DNA from: Alphaproteobacteria bacterium
Lineage (GTDB): Bacteria; Pseudomonadota; Alphaproteobacteria; Sphingomonadales; JAKSBY01
Direction: 5' to 3'
NCBI GenBank assembly: GCA_021774625.1
Contig: JAJFIV010000008.1
Coordinates: 111,392 to 175,391, forward strand
DNA length: 64,000 nucleotides
Position 1 is the stretch's first letter. Each line of letters opens with the position of its first letter. Of this stretch, positions 9,570 to 19,803 are shown in pieces. A model generated the notes under the pieces. The model was not told the DNA's origin, searched no databases, and was given only the letters and a program-made list of their open reading frames with translations. The position numbers and the translations under genes are program-made.

Positions 9570-10274
9570 TTATCCCCAGGGGCCGCGGCGTCCGGTAAAG
9601 ACCGTGCGTTTCCGGGGTTTCATCAGAAAAAGGAGAACAACACCGGCGGCAAAACCGCCGATATGTGCCCAGAAAGCAACGCCTCCGGCATCAGGGGGCG
9701 CGGCAAGGCCCTGGATCAATTGCATGCCAAACCAGATCCCAAGGAACCACACTGCTTCAATGCGTACCGTGGTGACAAAGAAACCGAGAAACACCAGAGT
9801 TAAAACCCGTGCCCGTGGAAACAGGATGATATAGGCGCCGAGCACCCCGGAGATAGCGCCGCTGGCGCCAACCATGGGAATTTGCGAGGCGGGGGCCACC
9901 AGGATTTGCGATGCCGCGGCGGCCAGACCGCACAAAAGGTAAAAAATGAGAAACCGGACATGGCCAAGCACATCTTCGATATTGTTGCCGAAAATCCATA
10001 GAAACAGCATATTGCCGATAATGTGCATCCAGCCGCCATGCATGAACATGGAGGTGACCAAGGTCAGGGCCGGCGGAATAACCGCCAGCTCCGGTGGCAG
10101 TTCCACCGAACCCAGCAGCACACCGGGAATAAGGCCGTAACTGAGGATGATTCTTTGCGCTTCCTGCGGTCCGCCCGCAATCTGCATCAGGAAGGCTAAA
10201 ACACAGATAATAATGAAGGCGACGGTCAGGACCGGCGTCCGGTAGGTCGGATTCTCATCGCGGAGGGGAATCAC
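9570..10274 (-). CDS. Rhomboid family intramembrane serine protease
   Basis: Multi-pass membrane protein with FMHGGWMHIIGNMLFLWIFG and the catalytic GASGAISGVLGAY motif. Confidence 0.9.
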   Translation of the reverse strand: MIPLRDENPTYRTPVLTVAFIIICVLAFLMQIAGGPQEAQRIILSYGLIPGVLLGSVELPPELAVIPPALTLVTSMFMHGGWMHIIGNMLFLWIFGNNIEDVLGHVRFLIFYLLCGLAAAASQILVAPASQIPMVGASGAISGVLGAYIILFPRARVLTLVFLGFFVTTVRIEAVWFLGIWFGMQLIQGLAAPPDAGGVAFWAHIGGFAAGVVLLFLMKPRKRTVFTGRRGPWG

Positions 10275-10278
10275 CGCA

Positions 10279-10659
10279 TCATCCTTTTACCGGAAGGAGC
10301 ACCGCGCCAACCCGGCGGCCTTCCAGCAGCAGCACATTATAGGTCCGGGCAGCCGCGCCGGTATCCATCGGGTCCGCTGCTATGGCTTTTTCGTTGAGCG
10401 CATTCTGCAAAGCGCGCGGCAATAACTGCATGGACGCTCCGGTGCCGATCAAAAGGATATCGATTTCAGGCGTTGCGGAAAGCAGGCGGTCCATACCGGC
10501 GGCGGTCAAATCCGCCAGCGAAGCCGCGGCAACCGGATAAACGCCGGATCCGGTGATTTGAATGCCGCCGTCAAAACGCTTGCCGGCAACCCGGAAACCG
10601 CCATCGCCATAGCCTTCAATCAGCAGAAGGCCTTCGGGGTGGTCGGGGCTTAGCTGCAT
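10279..10659 (-). CDS. Mth938-like (DUF498 / NDUFAF3-like) domain protein
   Basis: IEGYGDGGFRVAGKRFDGGI ... ILLIGTG ... AAARTYNVLLLEGRRVGAVLLPV follows the Mth938 domain pattern. Confidence 0.75.
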   Translation of the reverse strand: MQLSPDHPEGLLLIEGYGDGGFRVAGKRFDGGIQITGSGVYPVAAASLADLTAAGMDRLLSATPEIDILLIGTGASMQLLPRALQNALNEKAIAADPMDTGAAARTYNVLLLEGRRVGAVLLPVKG

Positions 10660-10663
10660 CTAT

Positions 10664-11596
10664 TCAGGGCCTGGCGTCCGCCACATCGGCGCTGAAGGTC
10701 TGGCGGCTGAGTTTCATGAACATCAAAAGCGGCGCCGCCACAAAGATCGAGGAATAGGTGCCGACAAACACGCCCCAGATCATCGCCGCCGTGAAACCCC
10801 GGATCACTTCCGGGCCAAACAGGAAGAGGGAAAGGAGCGCGATCAGGGTGGTGACGGAGGTCATGGTCGTGCGGCTCAACGTGCTGTTGATGGAAACATT
10901 CAATATTTCCTCGAATGGCAGGGAGCGGTATTTGCGGATCATTTCCCGTATCCGGTCGTAGACAACCACCGTATCATTCAATGAATAACCGACAATGGTC
11001 AGGATGGCCGCGATAATGGAAAGATTAAATTCCAGCTGAGTGAGCGCAAAAAAGCCGATGGTCAGTGTCACGTCATGAATCAGAGCCATCACAGCGCCTA
11101 GCCCGAACTGCCATTCGAAGCGAAACCAGATATAGAGCAGAATGGCGGCAATGGCGGAAATAATCGCAATGACCCCGTCCCGGGCCAGTTCACCGGAAAC
11201 TTTTGGACCAACCACTTCCGTCCGGCGCCAGCTCAGGTCTGATATTTCCGCCGAAAGCGCCTGCTGGACCAGGATGACAGCTGCCTGTTGGGCCTCCGCC
11301 TCGCCCGTCTGCCGTTCAATCCTGATCAGTATATCCGTTGGATCCCCGAACTCCTGAACCGCGGTGTCGCCTAAATTCAATCCATTCACGACGTCGCGCA
11401 CATGATTGATGTCAAAAGATTCTTCGCCGCCAACTTCAATCATGATGCCGCCGACGAAATCAATGCCCAAATTCAAGCCACGCATCAGAAACAGCGCCAG
11501 CGATGCCGCCATTAACAGCGCAGAAAAAGTGAATGCGGCGTTGCGCAGCTTCATAAAGCGGAAATTGGTTTCCTCAGGAACAAGTTTTAACAGCAT
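10664..11596 (-). CDS. secF: Protein translocase subunit SecF
   Basis: LGIDFVGG, the SecDF C-terminal transmembrane pattern, and its position directly after secD. Confidence 0.95.
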   Translation of the reverse strand: MLLKLVPEETNFRFMKLRNAAFTFSALLMAASLALFLMRGLNLGIDFVGGIMIEVGGEESFDINHVRDVVNGLNLGDTAVQEFGDPTDILIRIERQTGEAEAQQAAVILVQQALSAEISDLSWRRTEVVGPKVSGELARDGVIAIISAIAAILLYIWFRFEWQFGLGAVMALIHDVTLTIGFFALTQLEFNLSIIAAILTIVGYSLNDTVVVYDRIREMIRKYRSLPFEEILNVSINSTLSRTTMTSVTTLIALLSLFLFGPEVIRGFTAAMIWGVFVGTYSSIFVAAPLLMFMKLSRQTFSADVADARP

Positions 11597-11605
11597 GGTG
11601 TTTCC

Positions 11606-13204
11606 TTATATGACCAGTGTGGCGGGCCGGCGGCGGCGCATCCACAACACCAGAATCATCCGGGTGAGCATAATGGCGGTAAAGACTGACGTCACGATAC
11701 CGATGGCGAGGGTAACGGCAAAGCCTTTGACCGGGCCGCTGCCCAGCTGGAAAAGAATCGCCGCTGCAATAAAGGTCGTGATGTTGGCATCCAGAATGGT
11801 GCTCATGGCCTGGGCATAACCCTGCTCCAAAGCATGCAGCGGCGGACGGCCGGCCCTGTATTCCTCCCGGATGCGCTCAAACACCAGAACGTTGGCGTCC
11901 ACCGCCATGCCGATGGTCAGCACAATCCCGGCAATGCCCGGCAGGGTCAGCGTTGCATTCAACAGCGACAGACCACCAAACAGCAATAGAATATTAAACG
12001 CGAGGGCAACATTGGCCGCCAGTCCGAACCAGCCATAAGACAGAACCATAAAGACAAGGACGGCAGAGAGCCCGATCAGCGCCGCGCGTTTCCCGGCGGC
12101 TATCGAATCAGCGCCCAAATCCGGGCCGACGCTGCGTTCCTCCTCGATGGTCAGTTTCGCCGGCAATGCCCCCGCCCGTAATAAAACCGCAAGATCGGAA
12201 GCGGTCTGAACGGTGAACGATCCTGCAATCTGGCCGCTGCCGCCAAGGATCGGTTCATTGATCACGGGAACGCTGATGGCTTCATCGTCCAGCACAATGG
12301 CGAATTGCCGCCCGACATTGGTGCGGGTTACATCGGCGAATTTACGGGCCCCGGTATTGTCGAAGCGAAAGCTGACGACGGGACGATTGCTGATATCGAA
12401 ACTGGGCTGGGCATCGATAAGATTTTCACCGGACACCATGGCGGGAAATTTCAGGGCGACCTGCCCGCCGCCATTGGCCACCTGCATGATGCGCGTTCCG
12501 GGCGGTACCCGTCCGCGCTGAATATCCGTCGGCGTGACCGTGGTGTCCACCAAGTGAAAACTGAGCTTCGCTTCGGTATTCAGCCTTTTCTTCAGTTCCG
12601 CCGGATCGGCAAGGCCCGGCACCTGCAAAAGAATACGGTCCTCGCCCTGACGCTGAATGGTGGGTTCCAGCGTCCCGGTTTCATCGATGCGGCGGCGGAT
12701 AACCTCAATGGATTGCTGGACCGCATTGCTGCGCCGCTGCAAAACGCCCTCATCGGTCAAGGTGATGGAAATCCGGGTGTCGGAAACGGCATCGACAATC
12801 AGTTCCTGGGTGCCGCCAACAAACACCGTGCTGGCAAGGGGCTGGGAAATGGCCCGCACCAGCCTGAGCGCCTCCGGCATGTCCGCCGGATCGCGCAGAC
12901 GAAAAGTCACGGCCTGACCGGACACGCCAAGATCGACATAGCCGATCCGTTGCGGCCGAAGGGCCTGACGGACATCGCCAACCAGATTTTCCAGCCGTTC
13001 CTCAATGACCGATTCCACATCCACGGTCAGCAGCATATGGGTGCCGCCCTGAAGATCGAGCCCCAGATTCACCTGATCCGAGGGAAGAAAGCCGGACAGG
13101 CCATTCGCCTGTTCTTCCGTCAAAAAGTTGGGAAGGGACGCAAGGATGCCCCACAGGCAGACCAGTGAAATCAGAATTACCTTCCAGCGGGGAAAGTCCA
13201 GCAT
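11606..13204 (-). CDS. secD: Protein translocase subunit SecD
   Basis: LGLDLQGG, periplasmic domain, PGIAGIVLTIGMAVDANVLVFERIREE. Confidence 0.95.
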   Translation of the reverse strand: MLDFPRWKVILISLVCLWGILASLPNFLTEEQANGLSGFLPSDQVNLGLDLQGGTHMLLTVDVESVIEERLENLVGDVRQALRPQRIGYVDLGVSGQAVTFRLRDPADMPEALRLVRAISQPLASTVFVGGTQELIVDAVSDTRISITLTDEGVLQRRSNAVQQSIEVIRRRIDETGTLEPTIQRQGEDRILLQVPGLADPAELKKRLNTEAKLSFHLVDTTVTPTDIQRGRVPPGTRIMQVANGGGQVALKFPAMVSGENLIDAQPSFDISNRPVVSFRFDNTGARKFADVTRTNVGRQFAIVLDDEAISVPVINEPILGGSGQIAGSFTVQTASDLAVLLRAGALPAKLTIEEERSVGPDLGADSIAAGKRAALIGLSAVLVFMVLSYGWFGLAANVALAFNILLLFGGLSLLNATLTLPGIAGIVLTIGMAVDANVLVFERIREEYRAGRPPLHALEQGYAQAMSTILDANITTFIAAAILFQLGSGPVKGFAVTLAIGIVTSVFTAIMLTRMILVLWMRRRRPATLVI

Positions 13205-13271
13205 GCTTTGTCCTAACTATTCACGCATTGTTATTAGATGGGATTATTCGGCGTCCGGTCAATAGCAGCCG

Positions 13272-13613
13272 TTATTTTGCTTTGGCTTCCACCTTGGCCG
13301 GTTCCTTTTTGCCTCTGACTTCCGAGATGGTCGCCTTGATCACCCGGACCCGCATATCGGGACCAAGCTCGACCTCGACTTCCTCCTCGCCGATCAGCTT
13401 CGAGACCTTGCCGACCAGGCCGCCGCCGGTCACCACAATATCCCCGCGCGCCACCGCCGCGACCATGGCCTTGTGCGCCTTGAAACGTTTTTGCTGTGGC
13501 CGGATCAGCAGGAAATAAAAGATCACCACGATCGCTATCAGCGGTAAAAATGAGGTGAGGCTGGCGCCAGCGCCTCCATCGGCAGCCTGTGCATAGGCGG
13601 GTGAAATAAACAT
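13272..13613 (-). CDS. yajC: Preprotein translocase subunit YajC
   Basis: MFISPAYAQ...LPLIAIVVIFYFLLIRPQQKR...GDIVVTGGGLVGKV, 113 aa. The track ORF (13272..14045) carries a spurious 144-aa N-terminal extension that overlaps the next gene. Confidence 0.9.
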   Translation of the reverse strand: MFISPAYAQAADGGAGASLTSFLPLIAIVVIFYFLLIRPQQKRFKAHKAMVAAVARGDIVVTGGGLVGKVSKLIGEEEVEVELGPDMRVRVIKATISEVRGKKEPAKVEAKAK

Positions 13614-13749
13614 AACATCTTCCTGTTTTATTAGGCCGGGCTCATTGGTCCCGGCTGCCTCGATTTTGACGGCGACTATAGCCATCCGGCGCGAAAATGC
13701 AAACATTAGCGTAGCAGGGTCAGAACCCGCGCACCCGTTCATTCTGATT

Positions 13750-13832
13750 AGCTTCGCAAGGCGAAGCTGTATCGAAGGATGGCGACATTCCCGGACTTTG
13801 CTACACGGCTCCGCCGCACAGCCCGAACGGGG
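13750..13832. repeat. REP-like repeat copy (locus C) with an 8-bp-stem hairpin
   Basis: AGCTTCGC-aagg-GCGAAGCT hairpin (13750-13768), GTATCGAAGG (13769-13778), CCCGAACGG (13822-13830). These motifs are shared with loci at 9284-9395 and 49001-49190. Confidence 0.45.
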
Positions 13833-13839
13833 AGTCAGA

Positions 13840-14814
13840 TTATGGAGAAGAGGCGCTGGCGGTTTGTGTTTCGAGATAGCGCAACGGGTCGCGGGCGGTG
13901 ATCCCCTTGCGGATTTCAAAATGGATCTGCGGTTCGGATACATTTCCGGATTGACCGGCAGTGGCGATTTCCTGGCCGCGTTTAACAGTATCGCCGCGGC
14001 TGACCAGCAGGTCGGCATTATGGCCATAGGTGGTGATCCAGCCACCGTCGTGACGAATCAGCAGCAGATTACCGAAACCCTTGATCCTATTTCCGGCATA
14101 AACCACGACGCCGGCTTCCGCCGCTTTCACTTTCGTGCCGGGCCGGACGCGGATATTGATGCCGTCATTGCGGTAGCCGCCCTGCTTGACGCCAAAACGC
14201 GAAATCACAGCGCCATAGGCAGGCCAGGAAAAGTGGGATCCGGTGCGGGCAGGCACGCTTAGAACGGCCGGCTGGGCCGCGGCGGATTCTTGCGGCGGAA
14301 TAACCAGCTTCTGCCCCGCCTGCAGACGATAAGGCGCCTTTATCCGGTTAAGGCGCATCAATTCCGCCATTCCCACATCATACCGCGCGGCAATGCGGTA
14401 TCCGGTTTCTCCGCGTTTCACCGTATGCGTACGGGGCGCGCCAAGGGAAAGTTTCTGCCCCGGCACCAGGATATAGGGGGATTGCAGGGCATTGGCCCTG
14501 ATCAGGTTTTTGGGATCGACGCCATGACGCCGGGCCAGACCATAGACCGTATCGCCTTTACGCACGGTGACAGCCAGTGCCGTAGTGGCCGGTTTTGCTT
14601 TCGGCTGCGCCCTGAGGGGCTTTGCTTTGGCCGCCTTAACCGGCGGCGGTGTTGGCTTTACACGCGGGTAAGGGACCGGGACCGGCGCGTTATGAACCGC
14701 ATTTTTTGGCGAGATGGCGCGGAAATCCCTGGCGCTGGCATAGCCCGACAGCAACAGGGCGCCTGCCGCACAGACAAGCGCCAAGGCGTTGATATATGCC
14801 TTTCCCGTCTTCAT
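13840..14814 (-). CDS. LysM-domain M23 family metallopeptidase (NlpD-like)
   Basis: Signal/lipoprotein-like N-terminus, Pro/Lys-rich linker, two LysM-like segments (VRKGDTVYGLARRHGV; VKRGETGYRIAARYDV) and an M23 core (GINIRVRPGTKVKAAEAGVVVYAG...HDGGWITTYGHN...IHFEIRKG). Confidence 0.9.
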   Translation of the reverse strand: MKTGKAYINALALVCAAGALLLSGYASARDFRAISPKNAVHNAPVPVPYPRVKPTPPPVKAAKAKPLRAQPKAKPATTALAVTVRKGDTVYGLARRHGVDPKNLIRANALQSPYILVPGQKLSLGAPRTHTVKRGETGYRIAARYDVGMAELMRLNRIKAPYRLQAGQKLVIPPQESAAAQPAVLSVPARTGSHFSWPAYGAVISRFGVKQGGYRNDGINIRVRPGTKVKAAEAGVVVYAGNRIKGFGNLLLIRHDGGWITTYGHNADLLVSRGDTVKRGQEIATAGQSGNVSEPQIHFEIRKGITARDPLRYLETQTASASSP

Positions 14815-14882
14815 AATTCAAAATCTAACTTAAGAATCAAGGGGCTGGCAAGAGTTTTTAAATCAAGACTCGAGCGGATCGC

Positions 14883-16163
14883 CTATCTGGTAGTGATGAC
14901 TTCCAGACCCCCCATATAGGGTTTCAGCACATCGGGTATCCGCACGCCGCCATCGGCCTGCTGGTAATTTTCCAGCACCGCAACCAGCGCCCGGCCGACG
15001 GCAATGCCCGAGCCGTTCAGCGTATGGGGGTAGCGGGTCTCCTTCGCATCCTCTTCCCGGTAGCGCATTTTCATGCGCCGCGCCTGAAAGTCGCCGCAAT
15101 TGGAACAGCTTGAAATCTCCCGGTAGCGGCCCTGCCCCGGCAGCCAGACTTCCAGGTCGTAGGTTTTGCGCGCGGAAAAACCCATATCGCCTGTACATAA
15201 AGTCAGGACGCGATAAGGAAGCTCGAGGCGTTTCAGGACTTCTTCGGCGCAGCCGGTCATGCGTTCCAGTTCAGCATCAGACTGATCCGGATGGACAATG
15301 CTGACCATCTCCACCTTGGCAAACTGGTGTTGGCGGATCATCCCGCGGGTATCCTTGCCCGCCGAACCCGCTTCCGAGCGAAAACAGGGAGTAAGCGCGG
15401 TAAAGCGCAGGGGAAGGTCCGCCGCATCCAGTATTTCTTCCCGCCGGAGATTGGTCAGCGGCACTTCTGCGGTCGGAATCAGCCAGTGATCGGTGGTGGT
15501 TCGAAACTGATCCTCAGCAAATTTCGGCAACTGGCCGGTGCCGAACAGCGCCTGCTGGCGCACCAGCAGGGGGACCGTGGCTTCCGTATAGCCATGCTCG
15601 GCGGTCTGCAGATCCAGCATAAACTGTCCGAGGGCCCGTTCAAGTCGCGCCAAAGCCCCGGTCAGGGTGACAAAGCGCGACCCTGACATGCGCGCCGCCC
15701 GGTCAAAATCCATCAGGCCCAGGCCTTCGCCGATATCAAAATGTTCCTGCGGCGCAAAATCGAGGGCCGGTTTCTCGCCCCAGATCCTGATCTCGACATT
15801 ATCCTCTTCACCTTCGCCATCCGGCGCATCGTCCAGCGGCAGGTTGGGGATGCCGGCAAGACGGGCGGTCAATTCCTCGCCCAGCGCGCGCTCTTCCTCC
15901 TCGCCGGTCTGTATATCGGTTTTCAGCGCGGCCATTTCGGTAATGGCGGTCTTTGCGGCCTGCTCATCCCCACTGGCTTTGGCGATGCCGATGGCCCTGG
16001 AGGCCTGATTGCGCCGCGCCTGCATTTCCTGCAAACGGGTCTGCAGTGATCGGCGCTTTTCATCGAGCGCGAGCAAGTCCGGGGTGACCGCCTCCAATCC
16101 GCGCCGGGCCAGCGCGGCATCGAAGGCCGCCGGGTCGTCGCGAATAAGCTTTAAATCGAACAT
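14883..16163 (-). CDS. serS: Serine--tRNA ligase
   Basis: N-terminal coiled-coil arm ([11 protein letters not shown]...) and the class II core ([39 protein letters not shown]). Confidence 0.97.
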   Translation of the reverse strand: MFDLKLIRDDPAAFDAALARRGLEAVTPDLLALDEKRRSLQTRLQEMQARRNQASRAIGIAKASGDEQAAKTAITEMAALKTDIQTGEEEERALGEELTARLAGIPNLPLDDAPDGEGEEDNVEIRIWGEKPALDFAPQEHFDIGEGLGLMDFDRAARMSGSRFVTLTGALARLERALGQFMLDLQTAEHGYTEATVPLLVRQQALFGTGQLPKFAEDQFRTTTDHWLIPTAEVPLTNLRREEILDAADLPLRFTALTPCFRSEAGSAGKDTRGMIRQHQFAKVEMVSIVHPDQSDAELERMTGCAEEVLKRLELPYRVLTLCTGDMGFSARKTYDLEVWLPGQGRYREISSCSNCGDFQARRMKMRYREEDAKETRYPHTLNGSGIAVGRALVAVLENYQQADGGVRIPDVLKPYMGGLEVITTR

Positions 16164-16164
16164 A

Positions 16165-16962
16165 TCAGGTGCTTTCCTCGGCCGCCGCCTGTTCTTTGGC
16201 GCGCTTTCTCTCCGTCATCCAGATCGCAAGAATGGAAAGCTCGTACAAAAGAAGAATGGGAATGCCAAGCGCAATCTGACTGACCACATCCGGCGGCGTG
16301 AGCAGCGCCGCGGCGGCAAAGGTAATGACAATGGCGTATTTTCGTTTGGTGCGTAGGGTTTTCGACGTGATAAAACCGGCTTTCGCCAGCAACATTAAAA
16401 GCACCGGAAGCTGAAAGCCTATGCCGAAGGCAAAGACCAGCTTCATAAACAGGGAGAGATATTCGGAAACTTTCTGACTGGCATTCACATCAAGGTCACC
16501 AATATTGAGCGATTGCCCCTGCTGATAGAGAAAATCCCACGCCAGGGGGGTCACCAGATAATAAACCAGCGCCGCCCCCATGATGAACAGGATGGGCGTC
16601 GCCACCAGAAACGGCCAGAAGGCGCTGCGTTCATTGCGATACAGACCCGGGGCGATGAATTTCCAAAGCTGGATGGCAATCACCGGAAAAGCCAGAAACA
16701 TGGCCATAAAGAAAGATATTTTCAGTTTGGCCAAAAAGGGTTCGGTCAGGCTGGTAAAAATCATCCCGCCGATTTCAAGCTTGTTATAAGGCTCGGCCAT
16801 GAAGGCGAAAATATAATCGGAAAAATAAAAGCTGCCGATAAAGGCAATGATAATCCCGGCCATGGCATAGATAAGTCGCCGCCTGAGTTCGATCAGGTGC
16901 TCAAGCAACGGCGCTTTGGTGTCATCCACCGCCTCGTCGGGTTTTTGGCCGGGTTCAGCCAT
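16165..16962 (-). CDS. tatC: Twin-arginine translocase subunit TatC
   Basis: [14 protein letters not shown], six-transmembrane pattern, and tatB/tatA directly upstream. Confidence 0.95.
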   Translation of the reverse strand: MAEPGQKPDEAVDDTKAPLLEHLIELRRRLIYAMAGIIIAFIGSFYFSDYIFAFMAEPYNKLEIGGMIFTSLTEPFLAKLKISFFMAMFLAFPVIAIQLWKFIAPGLYRNERSAFWPFLVATPILFIMGAALVYYLVTPLAWDFLYQQGQSLNIGDLDVNASQKVSEYLSLFMKLVFAFGIGFQLPVLLMLLAKAGFITSKTLRTKRKYAIVITFAAAALLTPPDVVSQIALGIPILLLYELSILAIWMTERKRAKEQAAAEEST

Positions 16963-17311
16963 CTTTTTTCGGCCCTGAATGATCCGGTTTGGGGTCTGGT
17001 TTTGGATCTGGCGCGGTTTCCATGCTTGGCGGACCCAGCGGCCGGTCCATAAAGCCGTCCGGGTCGATGGTTTTCTTTATTGCGTCTTTCGGGTTAAGCG
17101 GGAGATTGCCGGTGACCTGTTTTTTCAGGTCCTGCACGTCCGCTTCCCGCGCCAGATCCTCAATACCGGATTGAAATTCGCGCGCCATGGCGCGGGCCTT
17201 GCGGACATAACGGCCGATCGTTCGCAGCACATTCGGCAGGTCCTTCGGGCCCACGACAATAATCAGCAGGACCGCGACAACCAGCAATTCCGTCCAGGCA
17301 ATATCAAACAT
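16955..17311 (-). CDS. tatB: Twin-arginine translocase subunit TatB
   Basis: MFDIAWTELLVVAVLLIIVVGPKDLP; 8-nt overlap with tatC. Confidence 0.85.
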   Translation of the reverse strand: MFDIAWTELLVVAVLLIIVVGPKDLPNVLRTIGRYVRKARAMAREFQSGIEDLAREADVQDLKKQVTGNLPLNPKDAIKKTIDPDGFMDRPLGPPSMETAPDPKPDPKPDHSGPKKDG

Positions 17312-17366
17312 GGGGTGTGCCGATAGGCTTTATCAGGGGGCTGATGGTTATCAGCCGGTTGGAAAT

Positions 17367-17606
17367 TTAACCGTTCACTTTTTCTTTGTCGGAAACCGGC
17401 GCCGCCGTCGCTTCCCGCTTGTCGGCAAGGGGGGCGTTCGGCTTATCCGCCTTGTCTTTGGCATCATCGTCCGAAATGCCTTTTTTGAAGCTTTTGATGC
17501 CCTTCGCCACGTCGCCCATCAGATCAGAGATTTTTCCGCGGCCAAACAATAAGATGACAAGCACCACAACAATGACTATCTGCCAAAAACCAGGAAAACC
17601 ACCCAT
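17367..17606 (-). CDS. tatA: Twin-arginine translocase subunit TatA
   Basis: [43 protein letters not shown]. Confidence 0.9.
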   Translation of the reverse strand: MGGFPGFWQIVIVVVLVILLFGRGKISDLMGDVAKGIKSFKKGISDDDAKDKADKPNAPLADKREATAAPVSDKEKVNG

Positions 17607-17671
17607 TCTTAATCTCCTAAAGGCTGAGGACCATCCATAGATGGCCCGTCAGCGGGTTAATTGCAATGATT

Positions 17672-18307
17672 TTACACATCCTTTTCATATTTTGCCAGAT
17701 CGTCTTCCTCAAGCGGCAGTTCCGCCTCCCCTTCATCCCCGCCGGCCGGCTGAAGGTCCATTCTAGCCAGCGCGGAATTAACACTTTCCAAAAGCCCGGC
17801 GGCTTTCAGCTCTTCAAGCCCCGGCAGATGGTCGAGGTTTTCAAGTCCGAAGTGAACAAGGAAATCCTGGCTGGTTCCATAGGTCACGGGCCTGCCGGGG
17901 CTGCGCCGCCGCCCCATATGCCGGACCCAGCCGGCTTCCAGCAGAATATCCAGTGTGCCCTTGGAAATACCGACGCCGCGGATTTCCTCAATCTCGGCCC
18001 GGGTCACCGGTTGATGATAGGCAATAATGGCAAGGGTTTCCACCCCGGCGCGGGACAGTTTGCGGATATCTTCCCTTTCGGTCCGCAGCAGAAATGACAG
18101 GTCAGCTGCCGTGCGGAACATCCATTTGCCGCCGGCTTCAACCAGATTGATGCCGCGCTTTTCATAAAACGCCGCGAGTTCGGCGATATGGTCGGCCACA
18201 TCGGCCCCGTCCGGCAGCCTGTCGGCAATTTCGGCTGCCGACAGCGGATGTTCCGTAGCGAACAGGACAGCCTCCACCATACGCCTATGGTCTATTTCCG
18301 CGCTCAT
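17672..18307 (-). CDS. scpB: Segregation and condensation protein B
   Basis: VEAVLFATEHPLS...IIAYHQPVTRAEIEEIRGV; 4-nt overlap with scpA. Confidence 0.9.
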   Translation of the reverse strand: MSAEIDHRRMVEAVLFATEHPLSAAEIADRLPDGADVADHIAELAAFYEKRGINLVEAGGKWMFRTAADLSFLLRTEREDIRKLSRAGVETLAIIAYHQPVTRAEIEEIRGVGISKGTLDILLEAGWVRHMGRRRSPGRPVTYGTSQDFLVHFGLENLDHLPGLEELKAAGLLESVNSALARMDLQPAGGDEGEAELPLEEDDLAKYEKDV

Positions 18308-19107
18308 TGATCCCGTTTGCTCCTGACATAAAGAGGGCCGTAAGTCTCCAACTGTCTGATTTCCGCCCGGCCCTGACGCGCAAGTTCCAGACTTGCGACA
18401 AACATGCTGGCGATGCCGGATTTGCGGCTGCCGGCAAAACTGCCGTCCGCGGGAAGAAATTCGGCGAGCTGCGTCCAGTTGACAGCTTTGCCGATCAGGC
18501 CTGAAAGGCGCGTGATGGCATCTTCCAGTGAATAAACCGGCCGCGAGGCAATCGTCAGTTCCGTGGCTGATGTCCGCACCCGGAAATCCGCATAGGCCTT
18601 CAGAAGTTCAAAATAGGTCACATCATAGGCGGCGCGTCTGGTGACTTTCAGCCCTTCCGGCGCGCCGCGCAGAAAAACATCGCGTCCGATGCGGTTGCGG
18701 GACATCAGTCTTGCCCCCGCCTCGCGCATGGCAATCAAACGCTGCAGCCGCAGTTGCAGGCGCGCCGCCATTTCCTCAGCGCTTTCCTCGCCGTCATCCT
18801 CTTCCCTGGGTAACAGCAGTCTTGATTTGAGATAGGCAAGCCACGCCGCCATCACCAGATAGTCAGCGGCGATTTCCAGCTTCAGACGGCCGGCTTCGGC
18901 AATGAAGGCAAGATATTGTTCGACCAGGGCGAGGATAGAGATATTCTGCAAATCCACTTTTTGCGCCCGCGCCAGCGTAAGCAGCACATCCAGCGGGCCC
19001 TCATAGCCGTCAATATCCAGCAACAGTTCGCCGCCGCTCCTTAGACCGCGCGGCCCGGCGTCAAACCCGTCCTCTGGAAAAGCTATATTTTCGTTATCGT
19101 TCGTCAT
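18304..19107 (-). CDS. scpA: Segregation and condensation protein A
   Basis: GYEGPLDVLLTLARAQKVDLQNISILALVEQY pattern of ScpA kleisins. Confidence 0.9.
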   Translation of the reverse strand: MTNDNENIAFPEDGFDAGPRGLRSGGELLLDIDGYEGPLDVLLTLARAQKVDLQNISILALVEQYLAFIAEAGRLKLEIAADYLVMAAWLAYLKSRLLLPREEDDGEESAEEMAARLQLRLQRLIAMREAGARLMSRNRIGRDVFLRGAPEGLKVTRRAAYDVTYFELLKAYADFRVRTSATELTIASRPVYSLEDAITRLSGLIGKAVNWTQLAEFLPADGSFAGSRKSGIASMFVASLELARQGRAEIRQLETYGPLYVRSKRDQ

Positions 19108-19793
19108 CGCACCCCGGCAAGAGACATGATCGCGTCCGTAATATACTGCGTCGGCAAACCAATCAGATAATATCCCACATTCAGATCAACTTTTAACGCC
19201 CGCCCCAGAACCGGCAGAATAATCAGAGCCCCCAGCACAATAAAAATTCCGTACGGTTCTATCCTTTCATAGCGTGCGGCATAGGGCATAGGCAAGAGCC
19301 CCGCCATCACCCGGCCGCCATCCAGCGGCGGGATTGGCAGCATGTTAAAGACGGCCAGCAGGACATTCAGCAGGATGGTGTTTTCCAGATTGGCAATGAA
19401 CCAGCCATGGGCGACATCCGGTACTATATTTTGAAGATGCAGTAAAAGGGCCGCAATCAGGGCCAGTGCGATATTCATGCCCGGTCCGGCGGCGGCGACC
19501 CAGATCATATGTTGCTTGGGTTTTCTCAGTCGTGCAATTCTTACAGGCACCGGCTTGGCATAGCCGAACAGAAACCCTGTCTGCATGATCAACAACGCCA
19601 GCGGCATCAGAATTGTGCCAAACGGATCGATATGCGCCAGCGGGTTCAGGGTCAGGCGGCCCTGTTTTTTTGCCGTATCATCGCCGAAATAATAGGCGGC
19701 GTAACCATGCGCCGCCTCATGAAAAGTGACGGCCAGCAGAATGGGAAGTGCCCAGACGGTCAGACCGCTGATGAAACCTGTTATTGACTCCAT
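19104..19793 (-). CDS. Site-2 protease family (peptidase M50) membrane protein
   Basis: HEAAHGYAA (HExxH), NPLAHIDPFGT, LPIPPLDGG. Confidence 0.85.
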   Translation of the reverse strand: MESITGFISGLTVWALPILLAVTFHEAAHGYAAYYFGDDTAKKQGRLTLNPLAHIDPFGTILMPLALLIMQTGFLFGYAKPVPVRIARLRKPKQHMIWVAAAGPGMNIALALIAALLLHLQNIVPDVAHGWFIANLENTILLNVLLAVFNMLPIPPLDGGRVMAGLLPMPYAARYERIEPYGIFIVLGALIILPVLGRALKVDLNVGYYLIGLPTQYITDAIMSLAGVR

Positions 19794-19803
19794 ACTGTCC
19801 CCG

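Noticed and set aside
13614-14045. N-terminal extensions in the ORF track. Examples: yajC as 257 aa; also the extended starts at 39903, 23357, 24546, 35873, 45355, 61094 (end of S9 peptidase ORF), 63355, 3980, 2519, 9005 and 24930.
   Set aside because: The extensions overlap neighbouring genes or operators, lack RBSs and precede obvious native N-termini (signal peptides or conserved starts). Internal start codons were used instead.
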